Shown piece by piece: positions 1 through 8,285 of a stretch of DNA of 64,000 nucleotides. Origin of the DNA: Patescibacteria group bacterium UBA6241 (GTDB taxonomy: Bacteria; Patescibacteriota; Minisyncoccia; Phycocordibacterales; Phycocordibacteraceae); the NCBI GenBank assembly GCA_002441425.1, contig DJWB01000001.1, forward strand, positions 224,602-288,601. Reading direction: 5' to 3'. Position numbers and translations under genes: made by a program. The notes under the pieces were generated by a model. That model was not told where the DNA came from, did not search any database, and saw only the letters and a list, made by a program, of their open reading frames with translations. Each line of letters starts with the position of its first letter. Positions within the stretch are counted from its first letter, which is position 1.

Positions 1-425
1 ATTCAGAAGCAATGAGTATTGAGCGAGGTGTAGACCTTCTATGGAAGAAGGTTCGTAAGACTATTTCTGGTCCCGGTTTTCTTATTGGAGTGCCGGTATA
101 CCTAGAGCCTTTAGCAAAGAGATCAGAACAGAACCCTGCAGTTGTAGAGCGTTTCCAAATTATTCTCGCAGGAAGTGAGATGGGGAAAGGATTCAGCGAA
201 CTCAACAATCCTATTGATCAGCGCGAACGGTTTATGAAGCAGCAAGCCCTGCGTGATGCAGGAGATGCCGAAGCGCAAATGGCAGACATGGAATTTGTTG
301 AGGCTCTTGAGTACGGAATGCCACCTGCATTTGGATTTGGTCTTTCAGAAAGACTTTTTAGTTTCCTTATGAATATGGATGTGCGCGAGGCGCAACTGTT
401 CCCGCTCATGCGTCCAAAAGAGTAG
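1..425 (+). CDS. lysS: Lysyl-tRNA synthetase (class II), C-terminal fragment; 5' end lies upstream of window
   Basis: Frame is open from nt 3. C-terminal class IIb motifs ERFQIILAGSEMGKGFSELNNP and GFGFGLSERLFSFLMN...LFP match LysRS motif 2/3 region. Confidence 0.8.
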   Translation, partial: SEAMSIERGVDLLWKKVRKTISGPGFLIGVPVYLEPLAKRSEQNPAVVERFQIILAGSEMGKGFSELNNPIDQRERFMKQQALRDAGDAEAQMADMEFVEALEYGMPPAFGFGLSERLFSFLMNMDVREAQLFPLMRPKE

Positions 426-462
426 GTTCAAAAGGGAGTGAATTTCCCTTATACTATATGTT

Positions 463-942
463 ATGAAAAAAATTATTACACTCACTAAAGGAACAGGCAC
501 CGGAGATACTAAAATTGGCGCGTTTGATGCCGCCTTATTTGATGCAGGTATAGCGAACTACAATCTAATTCGTTTATCTTCAATAATTCCTCCTGATTCA
601 GAAATACAGATTTGTAAGGCTGAGATACAGTCAGATGAGTTTGGTCATAAACTATATCTTGTATACGCCTCTCAAATTGAGAACGAAGCAGGAATGGATG
701 CATGGGCAGGAATTGGATGGGTGTTACAGCAAGAGGGAGATGGAAGAGGACTATTCACTGAACATGAAGGGCATAGTGAGCAAGAGGTTTCAAATCTCAT
801 AAATGAAACTCTCTCCTCTATGGTTCAGTACCGCCCAGAAACATATGGGGAGATTCAGAGCGTCACTACAGGTATAACTTGCACAGGAAAACCTGTATGT
901 GCTCTAGTTGCAGCAGTATATAAAGCGGAGGGATGGGAGTAA
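463..942 (+). CDS. pdaD: Pyruvoyl-dependent arginine decarboxylase
   Basis: The stretch GTGDTKIGAFDAALFDAGIANYNLIRLSSIIPP aligns closely with archaeal PdaD, including the SS self-cleavage site. Length is about 159 aa. Confidence 0.85.
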   Translation: MKKIITLTKGTGTGDTKIGAFDAALFDAGIANYNLIRLSSIIPPDSEIQICKAEIQSDEFGHKLYLVYASQIENEAGMDAWAGIGWVLQQEGDGRGLFTEHEGHSEQEVSNLINETLSSMVQYRPETYGEIQSVTTGITCTGKPVCALVAAVYKAEGWE

Positions 943-951
943 TACGTTTCC

Positions 952-1848
952 ATGATTGCAGAATTTCCAAACTTTAAGAAAATTGAACTTTCAGACAAAG
1001 AAAACGTTGATGCTCTCACAAAGGAATACCCTCCTTATTCTGATTTTGAGTTTGGGAGCCTTTGGGCATGGGATGTTAAGGAGGAGATGGCCTTATCTGT
1101 GCTTAATGGAAACCTGGTTGTTAAATTTACGGATTACACGACAGGGAATCCATTCCTAGCATTTTTAGGGAAGAACAAGGTTACCGACACAGCACGTGAA
1201 TTGCTTTCGTACTCTAAGAAAAATGGCTTTGAAGAGACACTTCATCTTATTCCAGAAACTGTAGCGAAGGGTCTAGACAAAGAACTCTTCTCTATTGAAG
1301 AGTCTCGGGACCATTTTGATTACGTGTGTGATATTAACCGTCACATAGAATACCCAGGGAAAGAGCTTAAATCCCAAAGGAATCTCCTTAAGATATTCAA
1401 GGATGCGAGTCCTGATTTTGAACAGGTATCTCTCATGATGGATACCAAGGAAGCACAACAAGAAGTTGTTGGTGTCTTGCGACGGTGGACTGAAGGCAAG
1501 GGATTTATTACAGATAGCGAGGCATTCGCATACGATCGTTTTATTTCAGGTGCATCATCACTTTCATACTCAGCGGTTGGCATACGCGTTGGCGCAGATC
1601 TTGTCGCATTCCATATTGTTAGTCTTCCTCCTGGGAATTGTGCGAATGCTCTTTTTGGCAAGGCTGACACCTCATATCGTGGTGTATACGCTGCTTTAGA
1701 TCATGTTGTGGCGAGAGATCTCCTTTCAAGAAATTATACACACATGAACATACAGCAAGATCTGGGAATAGAAGGTCTGCGAGCAGCAAAGCTTTCACTA
1801 CATCCCTCGCACCTACTTAAAAAGTATTCTGTGAGCTTGCTTGCATGA
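952..1848 (+). CDS. DUF2156 / aminoacyl-phosphatidylglycerol synthase (MprF C-terminal domain)-like protein, standalone soluble form
   Basis: About 298 aa with no TM segment. The C-terminal stretch DLGIEGLRAAKLSLHPSHLLKKY resembles the MprF synthase-domain end (FDLGVG...GLRRFKNKFAPEWRPHY). The N-terminal FEFGSLWAWD resembles the LFLYHWW region. Sits next to lysS. Confidence 0.5.
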   Translation: MIAEFPNFKKIELSDKENVDALTKEYPPYSDFEFGSLWAWDVKEEMALSVLNGNLVVKFTDYTTGNPFLAFLGKNKVTDTARELLSYSKKNGFEETLHLIPETVAKGLDKELFSIEESRDHFDYVCDINRHIEYPGKELKSQRNLLKIFKDASPDFEQVSLMMDTKEAQQEVVGVLRRWTEGKGFITDSEAFAYDRFISGASSLSYSAVGIRVGADLVAFHIVSLPPGNCANALFGKADTSYRGVYAALDHVVARDLLSRNYTHMNIQQDLGIEGLRAAKLSLHPSHLLKKYSVSLLA

Positions 1849-1873
1849 AGCTGATACACTAACTACTACATAT

Positions 1874-2791
1874 ATGACTTGGTTTCTAATTTCCCTCATT
1901 GGTCCGTTCCTGTACGCGATGACCAATTTTATAGATAAGACACTTCTTGAGAAGTACTTCAAGAGTGGAGGAGTGGGTACACTTCTTATCTTTTCTGCAC
2001 TCCTTTCAGGACTAGCACTTCCAATTCTGTTTCTTTTTGACCCCACAGTGTTTAGCGTTGGTCTTTTTAACATCTTAGTATTGGCCGCTGTTGGAATACT
2101 TAATGTGTTGGTTCTGTTCTTTTATTTAAAGGCTCTAGAGGATGAAGAGGCCTCAATTACAGTTGTTTTCTATCAGCTTGTTCCCGTATTTGCGTACGGA
2201 CTGGCCTACTTTATTCTTGGGGAGAGTCTTACCACAATTCAACTTATTGCTATGGCAATAGTTATATTTGGTACCTCTATCATTTCATTTGAGGTAGACA
2301 CGGAGAATAAGTTTAAGCTTAGGACGAAGACCATATTTTATATGGTCTCAGCGTCTTTCTGCTGGGCATTGGGATCAGTTATTTTCAAGGCCGTAGCTCT
2401 TGAAGAGCAGGTTGTGAGATCGCTTTTTTGGGAGCACCTCATGCTCACTATTATAGGTATTGGCCTATTCTTCTTTGTTCGTACCTACAGAGAGCATTTC
2501 ATTATCGCTGTTCGGCAGAACTCTGTGGCTATCTTCTCTCTCAATGTACTTAACGAGACACTGTACATGCTAGGGAACACTATATTTGCATTTGCATATC
2601 TGCTCGGACCAATAGCAGTAGTTCTACTTGCTGAGTCGTTCCAGCCTCTCTTTGCAATTCTTATTGGTGTATTTATGACAGTGTTCTTTCCTAGAATCAT
2701 TTCTGAAAAGATACATATTAAGCATCTGTGGCAAAAGGGAATCGCATTTGCAGTTACCTGCCTAGGAACCTACTTGCTATTTGCCTTTTAG
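1874..2791 (+). CDS. EamA/DMT-family membrane transporter (10 TM)
   Basis: Polytopic hydrophobic profile. Contains the EamA-like segment YLKALEDEEASITVVFYQLVPVFAYGLAYFILGESLT. The ATG at 1874 is the first ATG; the tool ORF begins at a TTG at 1841 that overlaps the upstream stop. Confidence 0.6.
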   Translation: MTWFLISLIGPFLYAMTNFIDKTLLEKYFKSGGVGTLLIFSALLSGLALPILFLFDPTVFSVGLFNILVLAAVGILNVLVLFFYLKALEDEEASITVVFYQLVPVFAYGLAYFILGESLTTIQLIAMAIVIFGTSIISFEVDTENKFKLRTKTIFYMVSASFCWALGSVIFKAVALEEQVVRSLFWEHLMLTIIGIGLFFFVRTYREHFIIAVRQNSVAIFSLNVLNETLYMLGNTIFAFAYLLGPIAVVLLAESFQPLFAILIGVFMTVFFPRIISEKIHIKHLWQKGIAFAVTCLGTYLLFAF

Positions 2792-2859
2792 TTTATCTAC
2801 ACTGTCAAAGATTGCGACCGCTAGGCCTGCTATAGTGAGTGTAAACGAACACGTATCCC

Positions 2860-3231
2860 ATGGGATTTAAAAAGCATCCAATTCTTTACATCATCTTGCC
2901 GCTTTGCGTTATTGCTATCGTGGCATCCTTTTACAGGTTTATGGTCCTTCGGGATTATATGGTTACTTATGAGGGCGTCTGCGATCCAGCTACACACAGC
3001 TGCTTCCTAGCATGCGTGGATGACTCTTGTTCAGAAACCTACTATTACTCTTTAGTACAAAAGAGAAGCCAAGATGTGATGGCTCAGTGCGGCCCCGATA
3101 TTACTGATTGTGAGCTCGCAAGTGTGTGCGTGGAATCTGACAGAGAATGCTCAATTGAGTACTGTGATTCTTCAGTAGATACTTGTGTTGGAGGCAATGC
3201 TCCAGCACCTTTGGAACTTATGCCTCAATAA
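2860..3231 (+). CDS. Small N-terminally membrane-anchored cysteine-rich protein (hypothetical)
   Basis: N-terminal TM helix followed by about 14 Cys in 90 aa. Lies immediately upstream of a sensor kinase. Confidence 0.35.
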   Translation: MGFKKHPILYIILPLCVIAIVASFYRFMVLRDYMVTYEGVCDPATHSCFLACVDDSCSETYYYSLVQKRSQDVMAQCGPDITDCELASVCVESDRECSIEYCDSSVDTCVGGNAPAPLELMPQ

Positions 3232-3233
3232 GT

Positions 3234-4874
3234 ATGATCTGCCACTATTTCCCAGAACCCCTTTATTTCTTTTACGTAGCTGATCTACCGGGGATTCTTT
3301 ATTATTCCCACATTCCTGCGATTATTTTGGCTCTATTAACAGGAGTTTTTGTACTCCTGAGTGACAGACACTCTCTTCTTAACAAGCTTCTTTTTGGACT
3401 CTGCCTTTCTTTCTCGTTATGGTCTCTCGGAACCCTTATCACATGGACAAACATTCATAGCGATATTCTTCTTTTTGTATGGTCTTTCCTTGGACCAATC
3501 GCAGCATTCATATCAGTACTTTCTATCTACTTCACATATGTTTTCCTGCAAAAGAAAGATGTGGGTCCAAAGCTAAAAGCCATCTTCATAGCACTGCTTG
3601 CGCCGATTCTTGTCTTTGCTGCGACTCCGTACACACTAAGCGGGTTTAATCTGTCAGTGTGTGATGCCTTTGGGTTTGAAGGTCCTGCAAATACTATCTA
3701 TTACCCAGCCCTAGGAGCTGTTGCGCTAGTTTGGATACTTATTCTTTTGATAAGACACTACTACAAAGCCCCTAAAAGCTTTAAATCACAGATCGTAATC
3801 ATGGGAACAGGAATTGAGCTCTTTCTCTTCTCATTCTTCACTATTGGCTTCTTGGGAACTTATTTAACAACTACAGGATTCTTGCCTGACTCTCAGATTG
3901 AGACCTATGGGTATTTCGGGATGATTGTGTTCATGGTCTATATAGGAGTGCTTATAGTTAGGTTTAAGGCCTTCCATGCTGGGCTTATTGCCGCACAAGC
4001 TCTCATTGTTGCGCTCATAATTCTTATTGGTGCTCAGTTCACCTTTGCGAGAAGCACAACCAATCTCACCTTGAATGCAATTGCGTTCTTCTTGACCACT
4101 GTTATTGGATACATTCTCATTAAAAGCGTTAAACGAGAAATAGAGCAGAGAGAGCACATTGAGTTGCTCGCAAAAGATTTGGAGAAATCTAACAGCCAAC
4201 AGATTATCCTTATTCATTTCATTACGCACCAGATTAAGGGATTCGTCACAAAGTCGCGAAACATCTTTGCAACAGTATTGGATGGAGATTATGGAGCCGT
4301 TCCCGAGTCTGTTAAGCCAATGTTGCAAGAGGGTCTCAATTCAGACACAAAGGGTGTTGCGACAATTCAAGAGATTCTTAATGCAGCAAATATTAAGAGT
4401 GGAAAAGTTACGTACGAGAAGCAGGAGATTGACCTTAAAGAACTTGTTGATTCTATCGCAGGGGAATTGAGAGCAAACGCCGACAAGAAAGGACTTACGT
4501 TTACGGTTGAGACTGGAGATGTTCCACTTATGTATTCTGGAGATCGCATGCAGCTCACTAATGCATTTAAGAACCTTATAGACAACTCAATTAAGTACAC
4601 ACCTTCTGGAGAAGTACATGTTTACTTAAGTGAAAAAGAAGGAAGAGTCCACTTTAGAATTACTGATACTGGTGTAGGCATTACCTCAGAAGACATGGAG
4701 CATTTGTTTACTGAGGGAGGACACGGCAAAGATTCTGCGAAGGTAAACGTTGAATCCACAGGATTTGGTCTCTACATCGTGAAGAATATTATTGAGGCTC
4801 ACCACGGGAAGGTCTGGGCTTCTTCAGATGGCGCCGGGAAGGGGGCAAGCTTCATTGTTGAGCTCCCGAAGTAG
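3234..4874 (+). CDS. Membrane sensor histidine kinase (multi-TM sensor domain, HisKA + HATPase_c)
   Basis: About 8 N-terminal TM helices. H-box HFITHQIKGF. G-boxes DTGVGIT and GFGLYIVKNIIEAHHGKVW. The ATG at 3234 follows the upstream stop at 3229-3231. No adjacent response regulator is present. Confidence 0.7.
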   Translation: MICHYFPEPLYFFYVADLPGILYYSHIPAIILALLTGVFVLLSDRHSLLNKLLFGLCLSFSLWSLGTLITWTNIHSDILLFVWSFLGPIAAFISVLSIYFTYVFLQKKDVGPKLKAIFIALLAPILVFAATPYTLSGFNLSVCDAFGFEGPANTIYYPALGAVALVWILILLIRHYYKAPKSFKSQIVIMGTGIELFLFSFFTIGFLGTYLTTTGFLPDSQIETYGYFGMIVFMVYIGVLIVRFKAFHAGLIAAQALIVALIILIGAQFTFARSTTNLTLNAIAFFLTTVIGYILIKSVKREIEQREHIELLAKDLEKSNSQQIILIHFITHQIKGFVTKSRNIFATVLDGDYGAVPESVKPMLQEGLNSDTKGVATIQEILNAANIKSGKVTYEKQEIDLKELVDSIAGELRANADKKGLTFTVETGDVPLMYSGDRMQLTNAFKNLIDNSIKYTPSGEVHVYLSEKEGRVHFRITDTGVGITSEDMEHLFTEGGHGKDSAKVNVESTGFGLYIVKNIIEAHHGKVWASSDGAGKGASFIVELPK

Positions 4875-4895
4875 CCATCTGGTATACTCGTCTGC

Positions 4896-6146
4896 ATGAA
4901 CCTAGCAGAAGAGCTCTCGGCACGCGGACTGGTTGAGCACACCTCAGCACCTCTTGAAACTATTCTCAGTACTCCTCGTACTGTATATCTTGGCGTTGAT
5001 CCGTCTGCAGACTCAATGCAGGCAGGGAACTTAGTTGTGGTGCTTTTGATGAAAAGACTTGCAGATGCAGGACACAAAATAGTGCTTCTTGTTGGGGGTG
5101 GAACAGGGATGATTGGAGACCCAAGAGAATCTGGCGAGCGTTCTCTTTCAGATACTAAAACTATAGAACGGAACAAGAAGGCTATACGTGCTCAGATGCA
5201 GCAGATTATCGGGAAGAAAGTAACACTTGTAGACAACGCAGATTGGCTCCTCAAAGTTAAGCTTGTTGATTTCTTGCGTGATATTGGGAAGCATTTCTCA
5301 GTTAACGAGCTGATCAAGCGAGACATAATCAAAAGAAGACTAGAAACACCGGACGAGAGTATTTCATACACTGAGTTTGCATACTCTCTCCTTCAGGGAT
5401 ACGACTACTTGATTCTTAGCAGAGAAAAAGGAGTAGATCTTCAGGTTGGTGCTTCAGATCAATGGACAAATATACTTTCTGGAGTTGACCTCATACGCCG
5501 CAAAGAAGGGAAAGAAGCATATGCGCTAACTTGCCCGTTAGTTACTGACGCAAATGGAAAGAAGTTTGGAAAGTCTGAAGGAAATGCTGTATGGCTTGAT
5601 GGACACAAGACTTCTCCGTTTAGTTTTTACCAGTTCTGGCTTAATCAGCCTGACGAAATGGTTGAGAAGTACCTAAAGATGTATACCTTCATTCCTTTGG
5701 ATCAGATTGAAGAGATTCTAAGAGAGCATCGGAATAATCCAGGAGCCCGCGAGGCTCAGGAAGCACTCGCAAGAAGTATTACGGAACTTGTTCACGGACC
5801 GGGCGCTACGGCCGCAGCCACAGCTGCATCAAGTGCGCTGTTTGGGAAGGAAGGGTTGTCTCATCTTCCTCGGGAGGCACGCTCAATGCTTCTTACGGAG
5901 GCGCCAAACCTTCATGTATTATCAAGCGATATCAAAAAAGGACTTAACGTCCTTGATGTGCTAGCGACAAGTCCGCTTGTTACCTCAAAATCTGAGGCCC
6001 GACGCCTTATTGAAGCAAAGGGTATTTCTCTAAACGGGACTCAAGTATCCGAGGTAGACCAGCTGCTTACAGAGGGAGACTTTTCAGACGGAATAGCGCT
6101 CCTCAAGAAGGGAAAGAGGGATGTGCTCGTTCTTGTTTTGAAATAG
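4896..6146 (+). CDS. tyrS: Tyrosyl-tRNA synthetase with C-terminal S4 domain
   Basis: Global alignment to bacterial TyrRS (DPSADS..., AGHKIVLLVGGGTGMIGDP, KFGKS as KMSKS). The HIGH motif is replaced by MQAGN. Confidence 0.9.
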   Translation: MNLAEELSARGLVEHTSAPLETILSTPRTVYLGVDPSADSMQAGNLVVVLLMKRLADAGHKIVLLVGGGTGMIGDPRESGERSLSDTKTIERNKKAIRAQMQQIIGKKVTLVDNADWLLKVKLVDFLRDIGKHFSVNELIKRDIIKRRLETPDESISYTEFAYSLLQGYDYLILSREKGVDLQVGASDQWTNILSGVDLIRRKEGKEAYALTCPLVTDANGKKFGKSEGNAVWLDGHKTSPFSFYQFWLNQPDEMVEKYLKMYTFIPLDQIEEILREHRNNPGAREAQEALARSITELVHGPGATAAATAASSALFGKEGLSHLPREARSMLLTEAPNLHVLSSDIKKGLNVLDVLATSPLVTSKSEARRLIEAKGISLNGTQVSEVDQLLTEGDFSDGIALLKKGKRDVLVLVLK

Positions 6147-6174
6147 TCGGGAGGTATCGTATACTCGCCCTATT

Positions 6175-6260
6175 GCGTCGGTGGCAGAGTGGTCAATTGC
6201 AATTGGCTGTAAACCAATCGGATTTATCCTACGTAGGTTCGAATCCTACCCGGCGCACCA
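6175..6260 (+). tRNA. tRNA-Tyr (anticodon GTA), long variable arm, encoded CCA
   Basis: Cloverleaf built by hand: acceptor gcgtcgg/ccggcgc, anticodon loop ctGTAaa, 14-nt variable arm, T-loop ttcgaat, 3' acca. Confidence 0.9.
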
Positions 6261-6350
6261 AAAAGGCACTCTTCAAAAGGGGTGCTTTTTGCGTAAATAG
6301 GCATATACTCTTCCTTAGATCATGGCCGCTACTGGCACTGGTCTTTTGTA

Positions 6351-6896
6351 TTGGAGGAGGGAACTGTGGAGCTTCCACGACTAGTACTGCTAACAACGCG
6401 AGGGAAGGCAAGTCTCGTTGCAGAACGGGATCGCCTGAAATCTGAGTTGCGGACGATTCGCGAGAATCGGCCGTCGCTTGATGCCCGCTCCCCTGGGAAC
6501 ACCAGCAGCGGGACTCGCATGGCGGGCGAAAATGCCCGGCAAGAGGACCTCTACCTGCAACGCGTAGAGGAAATCCAGCATATTCTGAGCGTTGCGCAAA
6601 CTGCGCCGAAACCGAAAGGGGTAAAGACGGTTCAAATCGGGCACATCATAACTCTGTGTTATGCCTCATGGGTTGAAAAAACCCCTGGGGGTCCGAAGAC
6701 CTCTCGCCGCACGCGCAGGTACTACGAAATCGTTGGCTTCCGCGAGGGAGACTGCGATACGACGCCAGCACGTCTCTGCTACGAGGCGGGCCTGGCGAAA
6801 CATTTCGTGGGGGAATCCAAGGGCCACAAGGTCCTGGTGCGCATGGATGGAGAAGTCCGTCCGGTTACCCTCACCAACATCAAGATGCCCAAGTAG
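6351..6896 (+). CDS. GreA/GreB-family (Gfh/Rnk-like) transcription factor paralog on a GC-rich cassette
   Basis: C-terminal FKBP-like region YYEIVGFREGDC...GLAKHFVGESKGHKVLVRMDGEVRPVTLTNI parallels the GreA C-terminus. N-terminal coiled coil. The tool start is TTG 6351; the likelier start is GTG at about 6366, after GGAGGAGGG. GC-rich with GC3-rich codons, unlike the flanking genes. Confidence 0.55.
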   Translation: MEEGTVELPRLVLLTTRGKASLVAERDRLKSELRTIRENRPSLDARSPGNTSSGTRMAGENARQEDLYLQRVEEIQHILSVAQTAPKPKGVKTVQIGHIITLCYASWVEKTPGGPKTSRRTRRYYEIVGFREGDCDTTPARLCYEAGLAKHFVGESKGHKVLVRMDGEVRPVTLTNIKMPK

Positions 6897-6972
6897 GGAG
6901 GACCTGGGCAAGTAAAGCGCCATCTCGTAGAAAGCGGGGTGGCGTTAGTGTGTATATGGTATCGTACTAGCA

Positions 6973-7929
6973 ATGGAATCAGACAAGCCTATTTTGCTCT
7001 CAGGTATCAAACCAACAGGGACCCCCCATATTGGCAATTACTTTGGTGCACTTCGTCAATTTGTAGAATTTCAAACTATTGGCACCCATCAGTGCTATTT
7101 CATGATTGCGGACTACCACGCATTAAACTCAGTCCAGAACGCAGGCCAGATGAGAGAGCTAACTAAGGAGCTTGTTTTAACGTTCTTAGCTATAGGACTT
7201 AATCCAGACAAGGTAGTTATCTTTAAACAGTCTGATGTGCCTGCACACACGGAGCTTGCATGGATTTTTGACACCATCACTACGGTTCCATACCTTATGC
7301 GCGCACATGCATACAAGGATGCAGAAGCAAAAAAGCATGAAATATCTGTAGGCACTTTTAACTATCCAATGCTCATGGCTGCAGATATTCTTTTGTATAA
7401 CGCAGCGAGAGTACCGGTTGGACAGGATCAGAAGCAACATATTGAATACGCGAGAGATACTGCCGAGAAGTTCAACCGTATTTATGGAGAAACCTTTGCG
7501 GTTCCTGAGGAATACATTGTTCCTGACGTTGCTATTGTCCCTGGAATTGACGGGCAAAAGATGAGCAAGAGTTACAACAACACGATCCCTCTCTTTGCGA
7601 GCCGTTCAGAAATTGAAGAGCTAGTTATGAGTATTGTTACAGACTCTTCAGGAGACCGACCTGAGAATGTGTATCAAATGCATAGACTACTCAAGTCTGA
7701 GCATGATTTGGTACCTGTATACGAAGAACATAAAGGAAAGTACAAAGCATTGAAGGAAGCACTCATAGAAGATCTTGATGCGTTCATAAAACCGATGCGA
7801 GAAAGATATGCAGAACTTGCTGCAAATCCTAAGATTGTCTCGGAAACTTTGGAAAAGGGAGCAGAGTTCGCGCGAGCACGTGCTGAGGAGAAAATTGAAG
7901 AGGTACGCAGGGCAGTTGGGGTTGCATAA
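6973..7929 (+). CDS. trpS: Tryptophanyl-tRNA synthetase
   Basis: Motifs GIKPTGTPHIGNYFGAL and KMSKS. Length 318 aa. Confidence 0.9.
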   Translation: MESDKPILLSGIKPTGTPHIGNYFGALRQFVEFQTIGTHQCYFMIADYHALNSVQNAGQMRELTKELVLTFLAIGLNPDKVVIFKQSDVPAHTELAWIFDTITTVPYLMRAHAYKDAEAKKHEISVGTFNYPMLMAADILLYNAARVPVGQDQKQHIEYARDTAEKFNRIYGETFAVPEEYIVPDVAIVPGIDGQKMSKSYNNTIPLFASRSEIEELVMSIVTDSSGDRPENVYQMHRLLKSEHDLVPVYEEHKGKYKALKEALIEDLDAFIKPMRERYAELAANPKIVSETLEKGAEFARARAEEKIEEVRRAVGVA

Positions 7930-8021
7930 GTTATCCCAAAGGGGATATTTACAGATATAGCACCTGTGGTATAGTTCGCGCGTGGCAACAAGTCCACGTC
8001 TGAACCTTAGGGAGGTTCGCC

Positions 8022-8213
8022 ATGCTTAACCACCATCTCCCGGAAAAGACGGCTCATTTTGAGGGCGAAGACTATGTCGCCCAACAAATGGCTTTCGTCG
8101 AAAGCCTGGGATCCGGGAACATGAACTCCGAGATCACCGGCTACCACTGCAACGGAGCGGCCAACCCGCCCTACGCTGAGGTCTTCTACCGGGAGCAAGC
8201 AACTGAACACTGA
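8022..8213 (+). CDS. Small hypothetical protein (63 aa) on GC-rich cassette
   Basis: Strong SD AGGGAGG 7 nt upstream of the ATG. GC-rich codons. A 10-bp-stem hairpin follows. No recognisable family. Confidence 0.35.
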   Translation: MLNHHLPEKTAHFEGEDYVAQQMAFVESLGSGNMNSEITGYHCNGAANPPYAEVFYREQATEH

Positions 8214-8224
8214 GCTCCCGTCCG

Positions 8225-8275
8225 CCCCGGACCCCACTGCTTCTTGTAAGCGAAAGGGTCCGGGGCGTGGTATTT
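8225..8275 (+). terminator. Hairpin (ccccggaccc / gggtccgggg, 10-bp stem) followed by a T-run
   Basis: Inverted repeat read directly from the sequence, downstream of the 63-aa ORF and upstream of aspS. Confidence 0.4.
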
Positions 8276-8285
8276 TATAGACATT

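Noticed and set aside
6173-6445. 90-aa ORF spanning tRNA-Tyr, and overlapping minus-strand ORFs at 6229-6520
   Set aside because: They overlap a well-formed tRNA cloverleaf and its flanks, so they are spurious.
8007-8237. 76-aa minus-strand alternative to the 63-aa plus-strand small ORF
   Set aside because: Its start would lie inside the downstream hairpin and it lacks an SD. The plus-strand ORF has an ideal SD. Both remain low-confidence.
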